The notes below the pieces were generated by a model. It did not search any database, had not been told where the DNA came from, and saw only the letters and a program-made list of their open reading frames with translations. A DNA stretch of 63,673 bases, the filler included, from Lenisia limosa (lineage: Eukaryota > Protista > Breviatea): the NCBI GenBank assembly GCA_001655205.1. It is 8 parts of 8 records of this genome, joined end to end, with 100 filler letters (N's around TTAATTAATTAA, not from the genome) between each part and the next. Parts side by side here need not be neighbours in the genome. Positions count along the whole stretch, not along the records: positions 36,443 to 52,914 come from LPNZ01008785.1; 7 more parts are not named here. One strand, given 5' to 3'. The position numbers were made by a program, and so were the translations under genes. This document shows, piece by piece, positions 39,401 to 50,000 of this stretch (within the stretch, counting starts at the first letter, position 1; each line of letters starts with the position of its first letter).

Positions 39401-42400
39401 AGGAGTTAGAGCTTCACTTTCGGTACTAAAAAAAGACTGAATCCTCGAAAAACCCTCGACAAATATTGATATTTTACATGTCATTTGGGACAGAAAGTGA
39501 AGCTCTAGGAGTTATCCCTCTGTTGTAATATCGAGAGAGTGCATTAATCAAAATATTATAAAGCGACAGAGTATTTAGAATTATTGAATTAAAATGAATA
39601 GGGTAACAACGCTAATTCAAGATTACCCATCCGCCTACCAGTAACGCCGTTCATCAGCTCAATAGTAAGGGGGTCAGCAGGGTTAAGTGCGCTGTTACCA
39701 TGTTTGGGACAGATGGTAGACACGCCCGGGTAGGCGTTACCCCAAGACGTTGTATGGCCTAAAGCGGTAATTCTAGGACTTTGTGCAAAAGTCGGACAAA
39801 TGGTATCTAATGTCCAATTTTATCAATTAATTTTTTTAAAAATGAATTGCTTAATTGATAGTCTTGCAGCATGATGTGTTACATAATATATAATATATCA
39901 TAGTATATCATCATATCGATATGTATATATTACTAACTAAAACGGTAATTAGGTTGTCTTTTCATTCGCATTTTTACTATATGTAAACATATGATTTTTT
40001 ATGATATCGTATAATAAAGAGTATGAGTATCATATACTGTTTGTATTTATTTCTGACGACCCAACATCATCCCTACATTCCGCTCAAAATGATGGAATTG
40101 ACCAGCGCTTCATTTTGGTTTGACATAATATCGATATGTCTCAACATTTTTTCGAATTGATTTTCACCCCCCCCCCCCCANNNNNNNNNNNNNNNNNNNN
40201 NNNNNNNNNNNNNNNNNNNNNNNNNNNNNNNNNNNNNNNNNNNNNNNNNNNCATTGGCAAAAGCAATGACGTCACGAACCTTACGCATAAGTACTAATGG
40301 GAAACTTATAAGGCGTTATATGAGGAAATGTACAGGTCAGAATATTTTTTCAGATTTCCATACTAGAAGGAATTACCAACTATTTCATAAGAATCCCATT
40401 TTTACATAAAAACCCCAAGCCAACTTGATCCTGGGTGTACACTGCACGCGGACTGTACGCTGCGTTCGTCATGTTGGGGTAGGACTGGGAAGTAAAATTG
40501 GAAAATTATGAACTAAAAATAACCCAAATCGGGGGGTTGTTCCGGGATTAATTGGCGTGTATCGAAGTTTATCGAGCAACTTGATGATCTATCCAGCCTC
40601 CCCATTTTTAGTTCAAAAAAAAAAGGAATTTTTCGATAAATCCTCGATAAATATCGATATTTCACCGGTCTTTCTGTTACCGAACCACCCCTCACTTTCA
40701 TTTCGACTGACCAAGCTCCAATAAACCCCCACAATATTTTAACACGATACTTTCCCCTCTCACTTTCATTTCGACTGGCCAGGCCTGGGCGTCGACAAGG
40801 TGCCAGTGCAGGAGGTTCATTTTGGCAGCCGAAAGTCCTTCAATTACCGACTAATGGGTTATTAGGGATCTTGGGAGGCGGGATAAATGAGTTACTTATT
40901 GGCAGAGGGGAGACTAAAAACTGAAGGCGAGCTTCACACTGAGATTGACAAAATCAGAGCTACCAAGAAGACTCTTGGCACCCAACATTAATAGGTAAGA
41001 AGACTCTTGGCACCCAATAACATGGCATCATACCTTGATAGACTTGAGAGAAAGGAAGTGGCGGGAGGTGTCCAAAAGAAGTTCTCTAGATCGTGAGATC
41101 ATGCGGTATATACACTTTAGATTTTGGTCCTGAGTATACATGTATAAAAATGTTTGACAGTTGATGAGCTTATAAATATAAAAAAAAAAGTAAGAGGATA
41201 CAATGACATGCATTCTTGCCCGATTGTGTGTTGGATGTTGGAGGGGTATTGTTTTGTTTGGATAATCCATGGTTGAGTTTTCTGACATAAAAGACCCTAT
41301 TCTAAAAAATGATGTCAAGAGTAGGCCTTTTTTGGTCCATATAAGACAAAGACAAACCTCCACATAAATCTGGGGGCATCCTTGACCAAAACCGGGGCGT
41401 TGATGATTTGATACTTGTTACCAAACTCATCAAAAGTGATTAGTTGTGCTAGGGTCTTCATAGTCAGAAAAAGAATCGTGCAAATGATTTTTTGAGGAAA
41501 TTAATTGAAAAAACTGTTAGAATGAAAGTTCTCAAATTTTGAAATTAATAGCAACCCAAGACACAGTGCGATGTTCCCCAAACCCCAAAATCCCTTTCTA
41601 CCAAGATCTACTGATCTACAAAAAGTTCAATGACATCATGCTGTAAACTGTTTCAATTATTTGTTTGTTTTTAAAATGGACTATCTACACCAGATTAAAA
41701 GATCTACAGCTCACCTTGAGGGCGTGCATAGCACCAAAGACAGTGGGGGCTGAAACCTTGACGGAAGTTGCTGATACTTCAAGAACATACCTAAAAGCGT
41801 CACTCTGTTTTTTGGTGTCTTATGTTTCATTTAGCATATAATATCATCAATCGATGTATAATATTATATAATGTAGGTACAATCTCGATATTTGGATACC
41901 CCCCCCCCNNNNNNNNNNNNNNNNNNNNNNNNNNNNNNNNNNNNNNNNNNNNNNNNNNNNNNNNNNNNNNNNNNNNNNNNNNNCAACCTGAGTACAGTGA
42001 AAAAATGCAAAGAGTATTAACTGTCTTCATCCCAATACAATGCAAAAACGTACAAGATGATGGGGGTTCAATGCTGTATTACCTGCTTTAGAACTGAATA
42101 CTCAATTATTCAGCCATTTTCCGAAAAACGAAGATATGTATCAGAAATCATATCCGATTTAAATACATGATTTATATACTATCATAATATAGTCATTCAT
42201 TATAATAAAAAATGTTGTTTGTCTTCCCCAAAAACCTCAATGGTGAGCGGAAGGACTCTACCATCAACAGGCTTCTTAACTGGGAAGAACACGGTGTCGT
42301 TGTATCTAACATTTAAATTTGAGAGCAGGAATAGTATACAGTCAATAAAATATTGAGAAACAAATAAATACATCTCAAATGGATACCATAAGGAAAGGAG

Positions 42401-43312
42401 GGATTCACTTAAGTCTCAGAATATCCAAGATTTTAGAATAATCACCCAAGATATTGAATAAACAAACATCAATAAATAAATAATGGCAAAGCCAAGAAGA
42501 CATCCATAAAAACTACATAATCAAACCTCTGAATGAAGTCGTGAAGAAGGGCAATGCGGGGGATTTTGTAGTCTGAGAAGCCTCCAAGATGAATGTCAGT
42601 TTCTTCAGGGTGAGGGAAGAAAACTCTTCAATTCTTTATACTACCTAATACAATATTATATCAATATCATAAATATAGTGTTCCAATATCTACATTAACC
42701 TGACAGGCCAAAGAGACCATGACAAGGGCAGAAAAAAGAAACTTACACAGTACTATAATTTGTGATAGTATATCGATATATCAATAATGTATAAGTATCT
42801 GATGGTATCTGATATATCAGAGAGGAAAGAACCCATCATATTGTACAAACAGAGTTACTTTTTTAATATTACCCCCCACCCTTCATTTTGGTGATTTCCA
42901 AGGGTTGGGGGAAAACAGGAGCCCCATCCTTGAAGGTTAGAGCGTGGTGATGAAAGAAGAAAAGAGGAGGAGAAATAGATGAAAGAAATGAAGACCATTT
43001 CCATAAAACATCAGAAAATACCCTATTTTAGCATGTAAAAACACAATATTTTATAGCTATAGCAACTCTGTACATTGCTCAAATCAGTGATGGTATGCAG
43101 TGTAAGGAAAAGGGGGAATTGAAGGACAAAAAGTTGTTCGTGTCGGCAACACCGGAGCCTTACCTTCTCTTGATATTTGGTTCCACAAGCAAGGCCAAGC
43201 ACTCCAAGAAGGAGAAGAGCCTGAAAGGGATAAAGGAAGCAACACAACGGCGAAAAAATGAAAGAGCAGACTCAAATACCTTCAAATAAAACAAGTAACT
43301 GTGAACAATCAT
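36459..43312 (-). CDS. Beta-N-acetylhexosaminidase (GH20) with signal peptide; last exon missing at linker
   Basis: MIVHSYLFYLK|ALLLLGVLGLACG...APTVFGAMHALK|TLAQL...DAPRFMWR|ELLLDTSRHFL...KMNLLHWHLVDAQAWP...VYTQ...GHTTSWG...FHIGG...CW...VVMWEDAF...GWYLD...MWSEQV...RIFPRANAVAERLW|SPE gives GH20 motifs in order. Confidence 0.93.
38728..38806. mobile_element. Tc1/mariner-type MITE family D (TA|CA(G/C)TGAC... termini)
   Basis: AGTGACCG...CGGTCACTG|TA. Related TACA(G/C)TGAC..GATAAGTC(C/T)TGA..CGATT sequences at 7319-7378, 19340-19385, 51056-51127, 55826-55895 and 62990-63040. Confidence 0.65.
38822..38993 (-). repeat. Intronic repeat family B, longest visible copy (about 17 copies in window)
   Basis: Consensus as transcribed: GTGATGGG..TG(G)TGC...AGCGACTGGCC(A/T)GGGCTTTGTTTTGTTGTTATCAACCCTCGTGTGTTGTCAGCCAACAGAGTTGATTTTGGGCTTTTTT...TTTTCCAATTTTAC(T/C)CCC..AG. 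Confidence 0.85.
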
Positions 43313-43444
43313 ATTCTCAACTACTTAGTGTGTTTATAGGCCAAAAAAAGTTCCAATTTTTTTTATATAAATTAAAAATAATTGTGCCCGTTAAAAATAC
43401 GATGTTGCGATCCTGAAGATAATTGTAACACACCAAATGTACCA

Positions 43445-43517
43445 GCCCGGTTAGCTCAGTTGGTAGAGCGTAGGACTCTTAATCCTACGGTCGTGGGTTC
43501 GAGCCCCACATCGGGCG
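43445..43517 (+). tRNA. tRNA-Lys(CUU)
   Basis: 73-nt cloverleaf GCCCGGTTAGCTCAGTTGGTAGAGCGTAGGACTCTTAATCCTACGGTCGTGGGTTCGAGCCCCACATCGGGCG with anticodon loop CT-CTT-AA, T-loop GTTCGAG and a T-run terminator immediately after. Confidence 0.97.
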
Positions 43518-44061
43518 ATTTTTTTATTATTTTACCCGTTTAATTTTTTTATTATTTTTTTACCATCAATTTTTTTATTATTTTTTTACCGTCAATTTTT
43601 TTTTTCATTTTTTCCATTCTTTTTTTCATTTTTTCCATTATTTTTTTCATTTTATTGTTTTCTCTCTATTTATTGGTTACAGCGCATCTTATATTGTATT
43701 GTTTTGTTTTAAACAGTGTATTGCAGTTTAAACATTGTTGATCATTTAATTCCGTACAAGCAAAATATTATTGGCTGCAAGATGAACAGAACTTTGGAAA
43801 CGGGTGTGTCCGTTTTTTTTTGTTATAATAATTTGTTACTATATAATCTCGTCATCTCATCATAGCTGAAACGCCTCCTTTCTGAAACCATCGATAAACC
43901 ACACTTGAAAGCTTGAAAGTACAACAAAACAACATTAATCAATCTTGGTAGAGAAACAGTACACCAAACAGGACAGACTCTCACACTTAAGCCGTTCAAT
44001 CGTCGTCTGACATTTCGCCACCTCTCAACTGCGTATCTGTCACCTGCATTGTAAAAAAAGT

Positions 44062-47000
44062 TTAAAAGCTGAAAGGAAACTGAAGACAAAATGTATTTCT
44101 TGGGAAAGATACTCTGAATCCCCAGAAAAAGTTGATTTTGCTGTCTTTTTCAAACTAAAGGAGGAGCTTCGATATTGAGGATTTATGGAGAATTCAGTCA
44201 TTAAAAACCGCTACTGTCACTCCAATAGAACTATTAATAATATTAATGGCAAAAGATCTTTCAAAAGTTCAAATCTCAGTCGAATGGATCTGAAACCCAC
44301 TTTGAAAGTTGATGACGAAGAGTTGTTTGAGAATCCAGAGAAGCCAGAAGCGGGCTTGGCAGAAGCGGCCGTGGAGAAGGCAGACTTGCCAGCAGGAACG
44401 TTGAAAGCCGAGCCGCCAAATCCGCCAGTGGGTGCGGTGGCTCCGGAGGCGAAGGGGGAGGCGGTGTTGCCGCCGGAAGACNNNNNNNNNNNNNNNNNNN
44501 NNNNNNNNNNNNNNNNNNNNNNNNNNNNNNNNNNNNNNNNNNNNNNGACTTTCCAAAACCGGAACCGGCCGAGCCAAAAGCGGGCTGGCCAAACGCGGAA
44601 CTACCGCCGGAAGGCTGGGCGAAGGCACTCTTTCCGAAGCCGGCGGCGCCGAAAGCAGACTGTGTCGTTGTGGTTTTGAAGGCAGTCTTGGGGCTCTCGG
44701 TGGTGGCTGGGGCGAGGGAGAATGATTTCTCTACTTCGGTTAGAATTATACATTAAAGATGAGAAATGAAACGAGCGAAGCGATTTAGGATATTACATCA
44801 ACATCTTGCCATACAACTCTGTGCACACAGCTTTCTGCTTGCCTCGTAAGAATAATAGAAGTGGAAAAGACGGGTATATTACACTCGCAATAGTTCGCGG
44901 CCGAAGCCATCCACTCTGCATATTATAGATGAGTTCACACAACTTGCCATCATTTTTACTCGACCCATAACTAGAGCTTCACTTCGGCAAAAAAAGGCTG
45001 AATTTTTCTATAAATCCTTGAAAATTATCAATATTTTGCCTGTATTTTTCGAACCGAAGTGAAGCCGTACCCAATAAAGCCCCATAAACAGCAATAAGAA
45101 TCCAGAAGAGGCCCATTACCCCTTTACCAGGAGAGGGCTGTTCCTTTTGAGTAGCAAAAGCGGAGGGGGTGGCTCCTGATGAAAAGGCGGTCTTGCCAAA
45201 GGCGGAAGTCTGGAACGATCACAAAATTGTTGTTGATAGGGGACCCAATTGGTAAAAAAATAAAAATAATCATTATTGAAAAAAAGAATAGACAATAAGA
45301 AAATAGCATCAACTTCCACATCCATACCCCCTCATACGGGAGCGGCAGGGGAGGCGGCGCCGAAAGGAGAAGCTGTTGCCTTGGTGGTGCTGGCTTGGGC
45401 GAAAGGGTTTGTGGTCTAGGTAGTCAGTGCGATTCGGAGAAAACGACTCCTCTTACCTTAGGTTGGGGAGATGTGAAGGCTGATTGGCTGAAAGGGTCTT
45501 TGGTTACCTAACACAATTAATAAAGGACTAATTTTACAATTAATAAAACCGTTTTGTTTTATCTCTCCTTTTCCCAGCCCACAGCTGAGCCAAAGGGGGA
45601 AGCTGCGGGGGTGGAGGAGAAAACGGATGATTTCGGTTGGCTGAAAGGCGATGATGAGACCTAAAGTGTTGGGATATGTAACAAAAAAAAGTGACAGGAC
45701 AAAGCTCGAAAACATATATTACTGTATGATATCATATTCCAACAGATATAATTCATAAAAAAGATTGAGAGTCGATCATAACATGGTGAAAAAAGAGAAT
45801 AATACGATGAATGATAACGATTACATGAATCTATTAATATTACAATAAAATTAATTCGTTCATAGAGAATGTGCATCAAAATAGCCACTTACAGGGGCAG
45901 CAGGCTCGGCTTGTTTTGGTTCCACCTGGATAGTCAGTTTAGGAAGGGATGAGTGTAGAGCTTCTCTTTTGGTTCTTAGCTACATAGAAAATATTGATAC
46001 GATTTATTGAGTTTCAGTCTTTATTGAAAGTGACACTCTTGATAATTGAAGGAGAGAGAGGAGAGAGAGAAAGAGAGAGAGAACAATGAAAACAAAAGGA
46101 ACAGTCACAAAACACAAATATCATACCGGTTTCTTTGAATCGATCTGGAAACTGAACTGGATTCCTCCAGCATCCGATGATTTTGATGAAGGCTTGCCAA
46201 ATGAGAATCCTTCAATTGCTGAGACTTGGGGTTTCTTGGCTTCCTCGTCTTCAGCTCTCTGCTTTTGCTTCTCTTCTTCTTCTGCTCTTCTCTTTTCTTC
46301 CTCGGTCTGTCCAGCCTCAAGAGGTACAGTGTCTGTCAGTTCACTTGGTCTTTCCTCTTTTTTCCTCTTCTCTTCTTCTTCTTTCCTCTTTTTCTCTTCC
46401 TCCTCCATCTTCTTCTTCTCTTCTTCCTTCTTCTTTTTCTCCTCTTCTTCTTTCTTTTTCTTTTCCTCTTCCATCTTCTTCTTCTCTTCCTCCTCCTTCT
46501 TCTTCGCTTCTTCCTTCTTCTTTTCCTCCTCTACCTTCTTCTTTTCTTCTTGCGCCTTTTCCTCTTCTTCTTTCTTCTTTTTTTCCTCCTCCTCCCCCTT
46601 CTTCTCTTCTTCCACCCTCTTTTTCTCATCTACCTTCTTCTTTTCTTCTTCAACCTTCTCTTCTTCCTCTTCCTTCTTCTTATCATCCACTTGATTAGAG
46701 AAGCTAAACACTGGTTTGTCCTGCTTCTGAGCTGGGGAGTCAAACGAGAACGTAGTCTTTGACTCTTCTGTCTTCGCTGAGGTAGCAAATGAGAAAGCTG
46801 GCGTGGCGTCCTTCTTTTCCACCTTCTTCTCCTCAGACTTAACGGGCGTAGCAAAGGAGAAAGTTTGTTTGTCCTTCTTCTCTTCAGTCTTAGCTGGAGT
46901 ACCAAAAGAGAAGGCCGTCTTGGACTCTTCGGTTTTGGCCCCACTGAAAGAGAACGTCTGCTTCTCTTGGGCCGGCCCATCAGGTTTCACAAGCGAAGAG

Positions 47001-50000
47001 CTGCCTTCTTTCTTTTCATCTTTCGCAAATGAGAAAGCCTGCTTCGGTTCTTCCTTCTTTTCTTCAGCCTGAGCAGTGAAAGAAAATGAGGAGAAAGACG
47101 GCGGAGTCTCAAATGTGAAAGCAGCCTTTTCAGTTTCTGCCTTCTTCTTCTTTTCCTCTTCCTCTTTCTTTGCTTTTTCTTCCTCCTCCTCCTTCTTCTT
47201 TTCTTCTTCTTCTCTCTTCTTTTCTTCCTCCTCTTCCTTCTTTATCCTCTCCTCTCTTTCCTTCTTTTCATCCAATCCAAAAGAAAACACAGTCTTCTTA
47301 TCTTCCTTCTTCTCTTCAGCCTTAACAGGGGTTCCAAATAAGAAAGCTGGCTTATCTTCCTTCTTTTCCTTCTCAGTCACTACGGGGGTAGCAAATGAGA
47401 AAGCTGGCTTATCTTCCTTCTTCTCCTCAGTTTTGGCGGGGGCAGCAAATGAGAATCCCTCAGTCTTCTCCTTCTTCTCCTCAGTCTTGGTTTGGGCACC
47501 AAGTGAGAAAGCTGGCTTATCTTCCTTCTTCTCCTCCTTCTTCTCTTCTGTCTTAACGGGGGTTCCAAATGAGAAAGCTGGCTTATCTTCCTTCTTCTCC
47601 TCCTTCTTCTCTTCGGTCTTAACGGGGGTTCCAAATGAAAAAGCTGGTTTATCTTCCTTCTTCTCCTCCTTCTTCTCTTCGGTCTTAACGGGGGTTCCAA
47701 ATGAGAAAGCTGGCTTATCTTCCTTCTTCTCTTCCTTCTTCTCTTCGGTCTTAACGGGGGTTCCAAATGAGAAAGCTGGCTTATCTTTCTTCTCCTTCTT
47801 CTCCTCCTTCTTCTCTTCAGTTTTGGCGGGGGCAGCAAATGAGAATCCCTCAGTCTTCTTCTCCTCCTTCTTCTCTTCAGTCTTAACAGGGGTATCAAAT
47901 GTAAAAGTTGGTTTATCATCCTTCTTCTCCCCCTTCTTCTCCTCAGTCTTGGCTTGAACACCAAACGTGAAAGCTGGCTTATCTTCCTTCTTCTCCTCCT
48001 TCTTCTCTTCAGTCTTAACAGGTGTAACAAAAGAGAAAGCTGGTTTATCTTCTTTCTTCTCCTTCTTTTCCTCAGTTTTGGCGGGGGCAGCAAATGAAAA
48101 TCCCTCAGTCTTCTTCTTCTCCTCCTTCTTCTCTTCGGTCTTAGCTGGGGCACCAAATGTGAATGCACTTGAGGCGGCACCAAATGTGAAAGCCGACTTT
48201 TCTTCCTTCTCCTCCTTCTTCTCCTCCTTGGCAGGCTTGGGGACCATGCACATGGAACAGGCAGCTTCTGTGTTCTTGGTTTCACAGCAAGGGCAAACCC
48301 ATTCTGGGATTGGTCAGTATAATATAGTGCATATGCATATGCATAATATACTACCACTGCTCATTCTTAATTCTTTTATATATTATACATGTGTGTATAT
48401 AGCTACATATATATGTATATATAGTATATAGTATATAGTATATAGTATAACTATTATTATGATCTGGACAAATGATAAGATTGGGATTTTTTATAATAAT
48501 CTGCTGCAATTTTGGGAAAATAAAAAAATATTCCTTTTGTTTCTCCCACCGTTAGCGGCAAGAGGAGCGGGAGCAGCAGCAGCGGCGTTGAAAGTGAATC
48601 CTTGTGTGGCTGGAACTGTTTCCTCCTTCTTTTCCTCAGTCTTCGCGGGGGCAGCAAATGAGAATCCCTCAGTCTTCTTCTCCTCCTTCTTATCTTCGGT
48701 CTTAGCTGGGGCACCAAATGTGAATGCACTTGAGGTGGCACCAAATGTGAAAGCTGACTTTTCTTCCTTCTTCTCCTCCTTGGCAGGCTTGGGGACCATG
48801 CACATAGAACAGGCAGCTTCTGTGTTCTTGGTTTCACAGCAAGGGCAAACCCATTCTGAGATTGGTCAGTTTCAGATTTCCTTGTGAGAGTTTGCTTTTA
48901 ATAGTCTGATAATTCATTGATGGGGAAAAATATAATATATACAGTATACATAATTATATATAGTATATAAATATCATATACTATATCACATACATGTATA
49001 TAGCAAGTTTGAAGAGAATTAAAAAATGCTGTCAGTGGTCGTGTATGAGCATATTTATAATGTGCTGTAATCTTGAAAATGAATTTTCCTTCCATTTCTC
49101 CCACCATTAGCGGCAAGAGGAGCTGGAGCAGCAGCAGCAGCGTTGAAAGTGAATCCTTGTGTGGCTGGAACTGTTTCCTCCTCCTTCTCCTCAGTCTTGG
49201 CAGGGGCAGCAAATGAGAATCCCTCAGTCTTCTTCTCCTCCTTCTTCTCCTCGGTCTTTGTTGGTGCACCAAATGTGAATGCACTTGAGGCGGCACCAAA
49301 TGTGAAAGCTGACTTTTCTTCCTTCNNNNNNNNNNCTCTGGGATTGGTCAGTTTCAGATTTCCATGATACACTACTCTTGTACACTACTCTTGTATGAGA
49401 CTTTGCTTTTAATAGTATGATAATTGGGAAAAAAAAAAAAAGCAAGATTGAAGAGGTTAATAAAAAAAAATGCTCTCAGTATTCGTGTATGAGTGCATTC
49501 ATAATATGCTGTGATCTTGAAAAAATAATGTGAATATTCCTTCCCTTTCTCCCACCGTTAGCGCCAAGAGGAGCGGGAGCAGCAGCAGCGGCGTTGAAAG
49601 TGAATCCTTGTGAGGCTGGAACTGTTTCCTCCTTCTTTTCCTCTGTTTTGGCCGGGGCAGCAAATGAGACTCCTTCCGTCTTTTTCTCCTCCTTCTTCTC
49701 TTCGGTCTTAGCTGGAGCACCAAATGTGAATGCACTTGAGGCGGCACCAAATGTGAAAGCTGACTTTTCTTCCTTCTTCTCTTCCTTCTTCTCCTCCTTA
49801 GCAGGCTTGGGGACCATGCACATGGAACAGGCAGCTTCTGTGTTCTTGGTTTCACAGCAAGGGCAAACCCATTCTGGGATTGGTCAGTATAATATAGTGC
49901 ATATGCATATGATATACTCCACCTTATTGATAATTCCTTCGTAGATTATTGTTATGACTGGACCGCATTTATAATAATGTGCAGTAATATATGATATAAT

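Noticed and set aside
46086-48431. Long plus-strand Phe/Ser-rich ORFs and Arg-rich alternative frames
   Set aside because: These are shadow frames of the low-complexity EEKK repeats in the nucleoporin exon.
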